Shown: in pieces, positions 34,105 through 47,989 of the stretch
Layout of the letters: every line of letters begins with the position of its first letter
Numbering within the stretch: the first letter of the stretch is position 1
Assembly (NCBI GenBank): GCA_044892525.1
Contig: CM097886.1
Coordinates: forward strand, 93,000,001-93,064,000
Source of the DNA: Schmidtea polychroa
Taxonomy: Eukaryota
Direction of reading: 5' to 3'
DNA length: 64,000 nucleotides
Notes under the pieces: generated by a model
Database searches by the model: none
The model's input: only the letters and a program-made list of their open reading frames with translations
What the model was told of the DNA's origin: nothing
Program-made: the position numbers and the translations under genes

Positions 34105-34714
34105 TTAAAATAATAAATGAATTATCAAAATTTTACTGGTAACATCCGCCTGTTTTTCTCGACAAGGTTGAGTCCGTTCCACCCGAGTGCGGAATTTCCG
34201 TTTCGGTTTTTCAGGTGCGATTGTTGGAGCGGGGGCCACAACAGGCGTCATGGTAGCAGTTGGGGCCATGCTAGTGCCGATATAGATCACCTCAGAGGCG
34301 TTGACGTGACTGAACTCTCCCATGTACTCGAAACTTAGATTGTTTTGGTGCGCTGGGTCCTTTTGTCAAATGGTGACTGGGGAAAATGTTCACTCGGTCT
34401 TTAGCAGGACATTCCGCGATGCGTTTTCTGAGCTCGGAATTCTTATAGATTTGATGAAGAACTCTCGATTGCTCTCGAATGAGGATACGCTGCGACCAAT
34501 TTTCTTTCATCGGGCTATCCCTGCAGTGCTCTAGACGGAGCACTTTCTCATTGGTTTCTTTCATCTGGACGGGGGTGAATCAGGTCCCCTCCATATGATC
34601 AATACGCTTCTTCAAATGTCCGATTTCTGTTTGCATTGTGCACATTGACGCATTTTTATCTGCGCAACAGAAGCAAGGTAGCAGAGTTGATTTCGGGGCA
34701 TTTGGTCCTGTCAT
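34105..34714 (-). pseudogene. Decayed ORF-B copy
   Basis: TTTAG|AA ATG start; PCFCCADK, DHMEGT*FTP and NIFPSHHL motifs; contains a stop and a frameshift. Confidence 0.8.
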
Positions 34715-35011
34715 TTCTAAATCAAATTATTAAAAACTGTTGTTCGTATCAGTATAGGTTACAGATTCCAGCATTCAGAGAAAACCCTATCAACCCCATA
34801 CTCAATCATATTTAGACAAATCATTTTCCGCTAAAATCCTTTGGTGGGTGAATAAATTTAACCCGGGGATGACAACGAAATTTTATCGATTTATCAATAA
34901 TTGAGTAATGAATATTAATCTAATATTAAAGCGAAACACTATTATTTAATAAAATTTGAACAAACTGCAAGTTAACATTATTGTTTGGCAAAATTTAGAA
35001 TAACCTGCAAG

Positions 35012-35352
35012 CAGTGGCTTCGCTGGGGTTGATGCCACCCAGTGCGGTAAACTTTTGGTGTCACCCCTCTAGACTCGAATCACCATGGTCTTCCGAGTGT
35101 TCCTGTACTAGACCATATATAATCATTATAATGGAATATAGTAATGTTTGTAAAATAAAAGTTAAGTTATCGTTCTTTAACATTAATGTCATTAAACTTT
35201 ATTTTATTTAAAAGTTTCCCTTTCTAATCTTCAAGGCTGCAAAAAATAAATGTTTTTTTTTCATTTTGGTGACAAATTACGAAATTGGTGTCACCCCTTG
35301 ATGGTGTCACCCGGTGCGGCCTGCACCCCCGCACCCCCTAGTGACGCCCCTG
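35012..35352. mobile_element. hAT-type MITE
   Basis: Imperfect TIR CAGTGGCTTCGCTGGGG / CAGGGGCGTCACTAGGGG and 8-bp TSD CCTGCAAG. Confidence 0.85.
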
Positions 35353-36769
35353 CCTGCAAGTGAACATTATTGTTTAATAAAATTAAAACAAACTGCCATT
35401 ATTAGTTAAACATCTCCCATCAGGTGCGTGAATTCTCTATTTGATTATTTAATTTTAATTTCATGACAAGCAATCCCTAATCTTTGGACCCACTTAGTGA
35501 AAGTTGTGGAAACTATCATGTTTGAACTAACGGAAGTTGATGATGTATTCATTGTAGAATTAGATGAAATATATTCGCAAAAATCAATGTTTACTAAGAC
35601 GTTGTCAGATCGACCCGTACACTTGGTATGGTCGTCGGCTATTTCCGTTGTATATATCATTGATAATTATCTCAAAGTATACCATGAACCGGTTAATGTT
35701 CCGTGATGTAAGTATCGTTTAAGTCGGATGTTTATATTAGTGGTACTCTTGACATTTTGCTATGCAATATTCGAAATGGAATAATGGTCGACCATACGTT
35801 ATGTTGGGCTAAGAATAAGAAAAAATATTTTTCTCATTTTTAAAATCATAGTTTCCTTTTCTTTTAGCTAGGAACTAATAATCTAATTCTTCATAGAAAA
35901 GGTTTCCCGCATTGAGAAAACCGACTAAAATACCTAAATAGTAAATAAAAAGCAATAAGTCTATTTAAATAAAAAAACAACACCAAATAAAACAAAATAA
36001 ATATATCCAAAAAAACTAAATAAAAACAAAAATAAATAAAATCCAAGAAATGCAAGAAGTTGCACACGATACATAAAAACAGCAAAACGAATATAGAAGA
36101 ATAAAACATGCACAATATCCAACCAGGATGGAGAGAATTAATTAAATTATAAAATAATTAAATAATCAAAGGAAAATATAAAAAGAATAAAAAACCAGTA
36201 AAGCGGAATTTAAAAGCAAAAAATAAAAAATTACCAATTGTCACCCATACTCAATCCTGACTGGATAATAAACAAACGCGAACGGTATATATAGGTCCCT
36301 TTTAGTCAGTTTATTCAATGCTATTAGTTACTAATTCTTAGACTCTGGATTAGCGGACAAATTTTTAAATTATTCTACCGAACCGAACCGAAACTCAACT
36401 CATTACCGTTCTAACGTATTCAATTCAAGAACCAATTTTACATCTATAGTGTGAGCCGAATCTTTGGAAATCAGTAGTAAATTTTATTTGTAATTTCTAT
36501 GATGTATTTCTATTTTGTACTGTATGCTATAGTAATGTATAAAGTGATTGTAACAATATTTATTTAAAAATCAAAATAGTTTGGTCGGTGCATGGAGAGA
36601 TGGCGATGAAGTAAAATATATTAAATAAGGAATCTATAAGGTTTTAAATGTTATGTGCATAAAACTGCACAGAGGGTCTGAAGGGGTTAAAAAGATCGCT
36701 CTGCTTTTCCTCTCAAATGATAATTTCGAATCTGTAATTTTCATAATGAAATTCACAGTAGGAGTAATG

Positions 36770-37467
36770 TTTTGCAGACAAGAATGCAGCCAATAAATCT
36801 CTTCAGGCCGAAATCGGACATCTCAAAAAACGAATAGATTACATGGAGGGGACTTGGTCTGCCCTTAGCCAGATGAAAGAATCGACAAAGAAAGTCCTCC
36901 AGTTAGAATACTACAAGGACAGCATGCTGGAGGAGAACAGAGCACTGCGCGTACTCATTCGCGAGCAGGCTCAAGCCCTGCACCGAATATATTTCGGAAT
37001 TGGCAAAGCGCATTGTAGAACTGCCAATTTTAGAAAATAGTAACATTTTCCCAGCCTTGCATCAATCCGAGATTTCAAGCTCCCGCAAACGGACGATCTG
37101 TACGAATCACAACGAGCGTCCATCTTTCCACTCTACCCCAGATATCGTCTACAAGGGGACAGGTCTAGCCCCCGCCAAAATCACCCCTCTATAGGCAGCC
37201 TCAACATATGTAGTAGCAACGGCAAAACTGAAACGCCAGTCATTCACTCGAGCAGAGCGCACAAAACGACGCAAGAAAAGACAAGCAGAAGCCTTACTGA
37301 TCTCGTCTAATGCAAAAATGGCGGCGGAACTCATGGTCACCATGGATACCTCCAAAAAAAATTCTTACACCGTCGTCCCAGCCTCAGATACTCCTTGGAA
37401 TGAAGTAGACCACTCTGAGTTTGAATTGACCGAGCTACTCAAGGAAGCCGAAGGCAATAATTCCTGA
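36770..37467 (+). pseudogene. Decayed ORF-B copy, downstream of another TGTTGGGCT start at 35802
   Basis: DYMEGTWS, LEENRALRVLIREQ, SRAERTKRRKK and PWNEVDHSEFELTEL motifs. Confidence 0.8.
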
Positions 37468-39305
37468 ACTCAACCGGCCATGAACACGTCGTCGCAGCAT
37501 AAATAGAACATGTGACATTTGGACTTATGACCATCTGTTTTAGTATGACATGAATCGTGAATACGGTTTCTGTTATAGTCGGTTAGTCGATAGGCATGTC
37601 GTATCGGATGTTGTGTAGCTTTCATTTTGTCTGTTATATATAACTTTATGCTTTGATTTTATTTCATTATTAGAAGCTGCTAAAACATCTTCTAAATTGT
37701 TTTTTAAATCCGGTTCAAAAGTTAAAGACATAATTCCAAATATTTATTTTAATGAAATATTGTATAATTTCCAAACAATTTTTCCGCATTGAATAAAATA
37801 TTTTCAAAACCATTTATCAAAATATTTCAATATTTAAAACATAAAAAGTTTTCATTAATAAAACTTCTTTTTTAAAAAGCTTTTTTAATTTTTAATTAAA
37901 AATTTCTACTTAAAAAATCCAATTTAAAAATTATTTAAAAGTTATTTTAATAGTCAATTATTTACAATTTAAAATTATTTTGATAAACGATTGAAATATT
38001 TAACTCTCAGCTGAAAACACTTCACATCCCCCTTCTTTAAGAAATTTCTTCATCTTTTCAACATTTCTTTGAAGCATTTTCCCACTTTGGTCTTGTTGCA
38101 GATATCGGCGATCATGAATCTTCTGGATTATTCTGTATGGCACATCGTATCTTTCCTTGTCTTTCGTTCTTGATTCTACTTTTACCAGAACCTCATCTCC
38201 AATATTGAATGATCTCTTTGTCTGCGTTGTTTCTCTTGTATCTTCTTTTTGTGAAATCGTCGCTTTACTATGAAATTGTTCTCGAGCTATTTTTCTTCCA
38301 AATATTACTTCGTCCATTTGATTTCTGAAATGTTGCATTCATGGTAAATTCAATCTCTGGTATGATCTCTGCCCAATCTATTCTACTTTTTTCTTTTAAT
38401 GATGTATTTATATAGTCTCTTATTGTCCTGAATTGACGTTCTATTACACCATTTGTATTATGGTGATATGGACTTGAAAAGCATAGTGATTTTGTAATTG
38501 ATTTTGTAAACTCTTTCATCGTCTTAGATTCAAACACTTTTCCACAACCTGTGTGAATTTCCTTTGGTGCTCCAAATCTAAGAATCCATTTTTGTAGTAT
38601 TGTTTCCTTCCCCATTTCTTCATCCTATTTAGCGACAGCAGTAAGAGAGATATATTTGCTAACTTGATCAATCATTGCGACTATATATCTTTTTTTTCTG
38701 AATGTTTCCTGTAATGGGCCACATATATCAATGTACATTTTTACGGCTCCTCTGGTGTCAGCTTTATTGTCTCTTTCTTCATCTTTGTTGTCACAACTTT
38801 CGTTTTTTGACATGCCTCTCATTGCCCAATTGTTTCTTTTACTGATTCTTTTATGTCTTCCAAATCGTAATTGTCCGCTAAATATTTTGTCACCTTTTCT
38901 TCTCCTGTGTGTGATAGCAAAATATGCATACTCTTTATCATTTCTTGTCTTTTTCTCTAGGTATCCATATCTTACTCTCTATAGTTTTTATCACGTTGTC
39001 TACCAGTATAAATTTCCAACTTGAACCCTGTGCTATTTCTTTTTTTATATGTTCTATTTCTGTATTATCTTTTTGCCACTTATTATCTTCAGCTTTTTCC
39101 ATCGTGTTTATTCTTCGGATTTTCATTCTTTCCACTTTCGCGTCTTCGTGTGCCAATAAACATTGTGTGCATGTTCCACATGTACTCCTTGACAACATAT
39201 CTGCATTTGCATAATCAGTACCTTTTGTATACTCTATTTTAATATCCAGACTACTGAGGTAGTTAATCCATGTCTAAAATTGCGTTGTTATTGGTTTCTT
39301 TGTGG

Positions 39306-42300
39306 TGCTGGGTCTTGGGTCGGATCGAAATCGTACTCCACTCACACTAGGGGTGATAGTCCTAACTACACAATCAACTCATCATCATTCTACAGGACCC
39401 TTAACCAAAACCCACACGATCATACTCCGAACATGACACCCATGATTCACATCATGTTGGTACTGTGTCATGTCGGCGAGCTACGATGGAGCAGGTGAGC
39501 CCCTGCCTTAGGACTACTCCCCCATCGCAACTCGACTTCACCATCACTCGACTGCCGATAGAAGGACTTACGTCACCCTCATCATTCTAAGATCTCCTAC
39601 ATCATTTTTATTTGTCACCAAACTCTACTACAACATTCAACGCACAAATACTATCGTATTTAGCGTTCACCAACGAGCTTTACCACATTACTCTCATCTG
39701 TAACCTTACTACGTTCAGCCTTATCACATCCCTTCCACGTCTTAGTTCCATCACTCGTTATCGAATCCCCTAATCAATACTTCATCATACTCAAGCATTC
39801 AACATCGTTAAATCTGACGAGTCACAATAAAGAAAAATGTATTGACGAATTATTAAATTACAAGTGCATTGCTAGGTACCACAATTTTTGGAGAGTAAAG
39901 CAGATACCATCACAGGGTGCTTGGAGAAGCTCCAGCGAAGATCTCATCGAGATCGAAAAAATCTTTAGCATTTTCCTCCCAGGAGGAGTCGACGGGCGGA
40001 ACTACCCTGAAGATAGGGGGAGAATGCCGGGTGGATTCTACCGGAGGTACTGGAGCTGGCGGTTGCACAGAGGCGATCAGAGCCGCTTCTCTCTCGACCT
40101 GGAGGGCCCTTCTTCTTTTAGTACGCTCAGCCCTGGATGGCTGGCGACGCTTCTTGCTCTTCTTCACCTCCGGAAGAGTGACCGGGGTTGTTAAGTCCAC
40201 CGTCCTGGGTTCAGCTCGACTTATTCCGGTGTAGACGACTTCAACTGAAGCTGTCGGCTGAGAAATGCTCGTGTGGCTTAAGTTGGCCTGGCTTACTGGT
40301 TTCAGCAACGAGATACCTGAGAGGTGGTGAGACGGGAATAAATTGTCTTCCTCCGCGAGTGGGATATTGACTATTTTTCTTGTGACTGACGCTTGGACGA
40401 ACACTCTGTGTAGCGCCTCGGACTGCTCTTTAATGAGGGCACGCAAAGCGCGATTTTCTTCTAGTACGTCGTCGCGACATTTTTCCACTCGGGTGAGCCT
40501 CGTCCTCGCCTCTTTCATTTGAGTGGGGGAAAAATACGTTCCTTCTAGGTGATCTGACTTCTTCTTGAGGAGGCCAATTTGCGCTTGCAACGTCTGAATC
40601 ATCTGATTTTTATCAGAACACGAAAAACATGGGCGCAAAATCGTGGCACTGGTTGAAGCTTTCGACATTCTAGAAATGCAAATATTTTCGTTAACCCTAC
40701 TATTCCTCATTGTACCCAAACATCATTCCTCACGCCTCGTTCCATCAGTTCCCCATCATGCCAAGTATCCATCAATCGGTGTTGACGCTGTTAACCAACA
40801 AAGACGACACTCACGACCATCACATCAATCCCAATAACCACAGCAAAACCATAACAAGACTCATGATCATACTCATAACGAGAATTCCCAACTATAACAA
40901 TAATGACACCGACCATAGTAGCAACAACAACGAGAACAATTAATAACAACCACAACAACAATAGTAATGATCATAATAATAGTAATAATAATAATAATAA
41001 TCATGTTAATAACAAACCGACAGTCATATTACTAATTCTGATAATGATTATGTTAAGAATAATTACTAGACGCAGTAAAAATCACCGTTCATACACATTA
41101 TCTGCCTACGTCCGTTGCGCTAGGGAGAGGAAAACAGAGTTTATTTAATTTGCAGGGAAATAATACCTCCCCCTTCAAGAAAACACTTTAATTACTTTGA
41201 ATTTGTTGTAAAGGTCGTAATCTCAATATCAAGTAAGTGAGAATTTCAGATTTAGCTATTCCGATTGTTATCAGTGCAGGTGTTAACGTTAGTTGGATAT
41301 TAATTTTTGCACTCTCCATCTACTGAGTGTGATGTTCATGAATATTAGTGACAAATAGTTTAGCGGCAAGTAATGCATTACGCGTATGGTGGGAATGAGT
41401 CTTATGTGTATCTATCAGTTGAGATTAAATAATTCCCGGTGGTGTTCCTGTGTGTGTGATTATCAATGATGTGATTTTCGCGCATGGGGCATTTACTGTT
41501 GGAGTTCATCTAGACCATTGAGTCTCTCGTGCAAATAATCATCTGCGTTGATATAAAAAAATTTTTTTATCTCGGTGATCTACCCGTTGTGAATGAGTAG
41601 CCAAAGCGGCCTGCAATTTTTGTGATAGTGCTATCGCTAATACCGTACTGGAGTAAATGCGAAGTTTTATGGAAAAGTTTGACTCTGATCCGGAAAATTC
41701 GGTTTACGACGAGATGAGTTTGAGTGTGATTTAATTGTTCGAGTGGATCCCGTGAGGTGGATATACTTAATGCTATGTGGGTGTGACATGCGAATATCAA
41801 GATTTTTAGAACTCAGTTCTCGTTTAATTTTCAAATAATTATTGTTAGATGGAGATTCATGATTTAATTTGTGGAAACGGGATTTTGCTGCGAATTACCT
41901 ATTTCGCGATTTATACCGATTTCGGATCAATGGAGACGACAGTTTTACTGGTCAAGATTGGAACTAGACGTACTGAATTTCACGCAACGTACCAGAGTTA
42001 TAATTCGCGAAATTTTGAAAATAATTACTACATCTCAACTTAAGTCTAAGATTTTAGTAGCAAATTTCACATATCACTGATGTATTCAAGGTGATCTGAT
42101 AGACTCAGATTTACGAATTTTTTCATGAATATGGTGTTTTCATTTCCATTACTACTCGGGTGTTCTGTGAGAGCGTCGATTCTACGGTGGTAACCATCGA
42201 ATTTATGATGAAGAAACATAGTTGACACGACGTGTACATTTATCTGAATTGCGATACTGACAGTGAAGATCAAGATGTAGTATATTCTGATGATATTGAA

Positions 42301-43389
42301 TGAACGAAGATTGGATCGCCCTAGCCATTGCGAAGAGTCTTATTCAAATTTTCCGAAAATTTCCACTTCTTTACTTGCATCAATCTCCTTTACAAAATTT
42401 TAGTTCCACTCTTCCCGTAGCGACGGATCAGTGAAGAAGCCCCACGATGACCCGCTCAACTACCACGACGCTGATGTTGCACTTGACCTTCTGGCGAAAG
42501 GAACAACTCGTGTCCCTCAAGCGGTGGCTAGGTGAACCTCAGTGTCGTTTGATATCAACAATAAATAGCATATTAACATAATTTATAATAATAAAATTTC
42601 ATACTATTCCAAAATCTAAATAAGAAAGAATTATAAGAATTTCATTCAAAATTTATTGGTGAACAGGGGAAACTTCATTAACAAAATTTTGTTTAATTAA
42701 AACCATTATCATCATTACTATACGCTTATAATTACTATAATAATTACTATAACGGTTTATGATAAATAACAAAATTTACTTCGTATAACTTTAGAAAGGT
42801 TCTCCGAGTGATTTAGCTAGATTTAAATAGTCCTCCTGATGATTTGTCTAAATTTGAATAGTTCTCTGAGTGAGTTGTCTATCTGATCCTTGAATTAGTC
42901 CGGTATAGTAGTTGCGAAGTGCCTTAACAATTTGTTTTATTAACACTCCACATGTAGGTTTAATGCGCTTACCTTAACAATTTGTTTTATTAACACTGAA
43001 AATTCTGTTTCAGTGTTTTCCTTATATACTAATTTTGTGTTGATGCGAGCCAATCAGAATTGAATGCGCCGTAATGTTTTTATTTAATTCGTTTTCTTTG
43101 TTTTTCTTAGTTTTCTTGGTGTTTCCTTACTGTTTTATTTTATCTTTTGATTTATTTTCTTATTTATTATTTAATTTCTATTATTTTGCTATTTTTTCCG
43201 GTTTCCACATCTTAATTTTCATCTTTTATTTTGTGTTTTAATTCTCTTTGTTTAATTTTTATTATTTATTTCTATTGTTTATTTGTCTATGTTTTTAATT
43301 TATTTTCACTTTGTTCCCTAATTTTATTTTTATTTCTTATTGTTTTCCTCTTATATTTTTAAATTATTATTTTACTTTCTAGCCCAACA
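39306..43389 (-). mobile_element. 4084-bp TG...CA element (giant solo-LTR-like) with an intact ORF-B
   Basis: Minus-strand termini TGTTGGGCTAG...GACCCAGCA and 4-bp TSD GTGG (39302-39305, 43390-43393), inserted in the Gypsy RNase H region. Confidence 0.9.
39910..40668 (-). CDS. Intact ORF-B, 252 aa: CxxC, coiled coil, basic cluster and acidic-aromatic C-terminus; function unknown
   Basis: Open frame with ATG one base after a TTCTAG acceptor, as in the other copies. Confidence 0.75.
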   Translation of the reverse strand: MSKASTSATILRPCFSCSDKNQMIQTLQAQIGLLKKKSDHLEGTYFSPTQMKEARTRLTRVEKCRDDVLEENRALRALIKEQSEALHRVFVQASVTRKIVNIPLAEEDNLFPSHHLSGISLLKPVSQANLSHTSISQPTASVEVVYTGISRAEPRTVDLTTPVTLPEVKKSKKRRQPSRAERTKRRRALQVEREAALIASVQPPAPVPPVESTRHSPPIFRVVPPVDSSWEENAKDFFDLDEIFAGASPSTL

Positions 43390-45429
43390 GTGGATAACAT
43401 AAACGTGATAGCTTTATGGTCCGTTCTCAAAATGAACCGTTTTCCATATAAATAATGATTGAAGTGTTGACAAAAATAATAGATTGCCAACAGCTCTTTC
43501 CTTGTTATGCAATATCCCTTTTCATAATTCTCATTGCATGAGAACCGTATGATATAACCTTTTCGCACCCGTTGTCGTTTTTCTGCTCCAATCGTGTCAA
43601 AACTCGCACCAGTGTCCAGAATGAATTCTCTTTCGAAATCTGGAAACCCTAGAATAGGTAAGGACACTAAAGTATTTTTCATATTTTCGAATGCGATGTT
43701 GCATCCGTCAGTCCAAATTAATTTTTTGTTGTTTAACCCGCATAGCTCTTCTAAAACTCTTGTCTTTTTTGCGTATTCTTTTATAAATCTTCTGTAGTAA
43801 TTGCATATTCCTAGGAAGCTTTTCAGATTCTTAACACATTTTGGCTTTTCAAATGATTTAATCGCGTCTAGCTTTGATAGGTCTGTCTGTATTCCATCTT
43901 TGTTGATTATGTGACCTAAATATTTGACTTCTTCTTTAAGGATATGGCACTTTTTAGGGTTTATCCTAAGACCCGCCTTTCCCATTTTTTCCAGCACTTC
44001 ATTTAAAACTTCGTAGTGGTCATTGATCGTTTCTATAAATATCAAAATATCGTCTAGGTATACTGCTGCATATCTCGTACCCATTAATACTTTTCCCATC
44101 AGTTCCTGAAATGCACCTGGTGCCGCTGGTATTCTAAATGGCATTTTGTTAAAACAGTATTGCCCTGATTTGGTTGAAAACGCCATTTTTAGATTTGATT
44201 CATCTTCTAGTTCTACTTGATAATATGCATTTCCAAGATCTATCTAACTGAAATACTTTGCTCCACCCAATTTATCTAACATCTCTGCTATATTCGACAT
44301 AAGGAATGCCTGTCTCTCTGTTACTAGGTTTAATTGCCTGAAATCAAGACATAATCTGATATCTTGCTTTTCTTTCTTCCAGACACATATTAATGAAGTG
44401 TTCCATGGCGAATTACACTTTTTGATAGTATTGTTTTCCCATAAGTTTTTTATCGCTTCATCTATTTTACCTTCCAAGTTGACTGGTTGTCTCCAAGGTT
44501 TCATATTTATCGATTTTCCTTGAGTTTCTATTTTATGCTTCAACAACTTTGTGCAGCCAATGTCCCATTTATCAGCCATAAAAACATTTTGATTCTTTTT
44601 TATAAGGTTTAGTAGTATCGGGTTATTTATCTTTAAAGTATTCTTTGCTTTTTGAAATCGTTCCATCTCCATTATTGTCTTTCCAAATTTGGCTTCGATA
44701 CTGCATATGTGCTCTTGCTTCGTTTTCTCGATCTCTTCTACTGGCCATTTTAGTTGTATACCAAATTTGTTTTGCAACTCTATACCACCAATTACCTCTG
44801 GAGTCATATATCGTACTATCGTGAATTTTACCCTTCTTTTCCTGCAATTTATTAATATTTCTAATATTGCTTTACCTTTTGTTTCTAAAACACTATTATT
44901 TGCACATCTCAATGTAACAGTCGTTGTTGTTAGTTCTACATCTTTAAGTTTCGCAAATTTGCTCCAACTCATGACATTTACTGTAGCTCCTGTATCGAGC
45001 AAGCATTCTATCTTCTGGTCTTGTATTCTAATAGTTACACTTGGTCGGCCTTGCGCTTTATCATAACTGATAATATCCTTTTTCCATTCATCTAAGGTGA
45101 GTATTTGTATATTTTCTCGTTCTCTTTCTCTTTCTGCAACATCCTTTTTATGAATCTGTTCACTTTCCTTATTACATTATTTTTCTCTTCCGTTGCCTCT
45201 GTATCTTTCACATATTTTTCTATAATACGTGATATTTTACTTTTATTATAATCATTAATAATTTGGGAGTCAGCAGTCTCTGTATTTATCTTCTATTCTT
45301 TCATCACTTGGTTCGTTTATGAATGCTTGTTTCGAGGACCCCACCAGGGCAAATGCACTGGACCCTTTAAAATCCTTCGGCACAAAGAGAATAAAACCAC
45401 TCTCTCGAATAAAATCATGAAATCATTAA

Positions 45430-45432
<3 letters not shown>

Positions 45433-45506
<74 letters not shown>
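45433..45506. repeat. (TA)n microsatellite; another lies at ~56059-56114
   Basis: Read directly from the sequence. Confidence 0.95.
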
Positions 45507-45510
<4 letters not shown>

Positions 45511-47989
45511 TGTATATAATTTTAAATTGTTTCCATAATACTTATTTATTATTATAAATTATTATAAATTTGGTCTGTATATGACAACGAAATAAACGCC
45601 ATACCAAGAACTCAAATCAAATTAGAGCGTTGCCACAGAAGATGGCAAATATTGGTTGGAAAAAATCATCCTGGAATATTCTACATATTATTTTACGGTG
45701 AATAGCGTATAATTTAAGTTTATAGATTTTTATTGTGGAAATATTTTTCTGCATCTTTTTCTTTAAATTGTTTATTTATCATATAAAATTACTTTGTCGT
45801 CCTTTAAGCCTGTCAGCTATCTGTCCTCGTTGGCTTTTTGCCTATGTCAGCCTTTCGTCTATCGGCCTTTTGTCGTAGACCCTATATAACTAAGAGCCAC
45901 CAGAAATAGTTGAGATCTCACTCCAATTTATGGAGACCTCAACAGTTAGCAGTGTTTTACCAGGAACTAAGGAAATAAACATAGGTACAAACCAACAATT
46001 TCTGTTAACCAAGACACGCTTTGAAAGATATCAATAATTGTTAGTTTTACATTTCACTGAGAACACCAACAAATTCTAACTATTTATAAAAATAAATCTT
46101 AACTAAATATCGCTTAATTAAATAATTGCTTAATTAATTAATAAAATGTAATAAATTAAATAGAAGTGTTGGGCTAGAACTGATTCCTAGACCCAAACTT
46201 CTAATTGTGGCTGCAATGTGTAAGTACACAACATGCAAAAAGCAAAAAGTATAGTCAAATATTAAAAATACACCAAATAAACAATATTAATTAAAGGAGA
46301 AAACAACAAAAACATAAACACAGAAATTAAATAAAATTATACAAAAGCAAGAAGTGATGCAAAAATCGAACTCAAAAATAACCAAATAAACACAGAGTTA
46401 CAAAAAACAGACTCGAATAACTTAAAAGATGGTATAAACATTAAAAATTTCCAGAAAAACCCAGAACATTCCATAAAAATGGCGATGACCATCACAAAAG
46501 CCATCTAGAACAACAAAAGTTAGAGAAAATAAATAAATTAGTATTAAAAATAAAAAATCTTAAAAAGAAATTCATAAAACATCAGTTAAAATAAAAATTA
46601 AATTAAAAGTAATATAGAATGTTCTGGAACCGTTCCAAATCCATCATGGACGTAAAATTAATGAAAAATAATTAAAAAATAAAAATTTAAAAATAAAAAC
46701 AAAAATTATGGCACAAAAATTGCCATTAAAAATATCAAAATCGCTAAATAGAAAATTCTGGAATAAAAAGAATTCGAGTTTGTTTTAATGCATCAATACA
46801 TACACGTGTACAAAATAGGTATATATACTGACACGTTTCAGCCACAAATAATCATTATTTTATGCCAAAATTTTTTTGTCAACAAAATATCAACAGTGAG
46901 TACTATTGCTTCATTTTATTTATTATTATTTTATTTTATTATTATGTATCTATTGTTGACCCATCTATGTTAAACGATTAAAATGGTTTATATTTTGATT
47001 TTGTTTAATTAATTTTTTTTTGTGATGTACGAATGTTCAACGGCGTACCGGTATTCCTGCGTCGTTGTTCAGTCCTGCATCCAATTTAGTAAAAATCTCA
47101 TAGGACATGTAAACCTGCATTATTTATATTATATTAATCCATATTATACGGCTCTTTTTGTTCCGGTCAGCCGGAGGTCGAACTACTTCATGGTCCTGCC
47201 ATGGAGTTAGGTCGAGGAAACCCTCCGCCTGACTCTTTGTATTTATCTAAGGTCAACCGTAAATGGTTGACTCAGCACACAACACTAAGGTTTGTGGAAA
47301 TGGTCACAGTGGGGCCATGGAAGCAATACTCTTCCCGACCTTTTACGTAACACATATTTAAATTCAACATTTAAAATCAGTACAACAAAAAATACACTAA
47401 GGTCCTAAATTGAGTAGAACTCATACCTAAACTTACACAACTATACAAATCACACTAATGTAGCTGGTTGATCGATAATAATATTTTTGGTACACTTGGA
47501 CATATGCCGAATTAGGTTTGGTAATAGAATCTCATGGTAATTGGAATAATAGAAATGGTAAAATTATTCGGCCTATGTCTAAGTAGAGCTTAAATCTGGA
47601 TAGACCTGTGAATTAATCATCGACTTAATGGATCCAACGTAAGGGAAAAGGTTATAAATCTAAAAGAATTTCGAATCTAAGTTCTCACTGTAAAATATTC
47701 ATAAAGGTATAAATAATTAGTTATAACTTTTATAAATAATTATAATAGCTTAGAGATAATTCTATTGACCTTAAAAAGTAAAACGTTGACGGATAAATCC
47801 CGATTAGGAGTTATAGAGTCGGCGTATAAAATTTTGTTTTATGACTAAGTATATGTGAATGTGGAACTTCGGGAAATGTAACTTATAGACAGTTACCAAT
47901 AAACCTGAAAAATGTTATAAGACGATGTAGATCACATAAAAGTAATCTCATAAAAGGTCATATAAAGCTGACTAAAGGATCGTAAATCG

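Larger units (their letters stand above)
37800..45330 (-). mobile_element. Decayed Gypsy/Ty3 LTR retrotransposon (PR-RT-RH-INT), split by the 39306-43389 insertion
   Basis: LLDTGA protease, RLCLDFRQLN and YLDD RT, RNase H and integrase SPYHHNTNGVIER. Polypurine tract at 38027-38038 precedes a TGTG LTR start at 38026. Removing the insertion restores MLST-KKPITT in frame. The left boundary is approximate. Confidence 0.9.

Noticed and set aside
45325-45350. TGGTGGGGTCC as the Gypsy primer-binding site
   Set aside because: Not preceded by a CA LTR end, and I could not match it to a tRNA 3' end.
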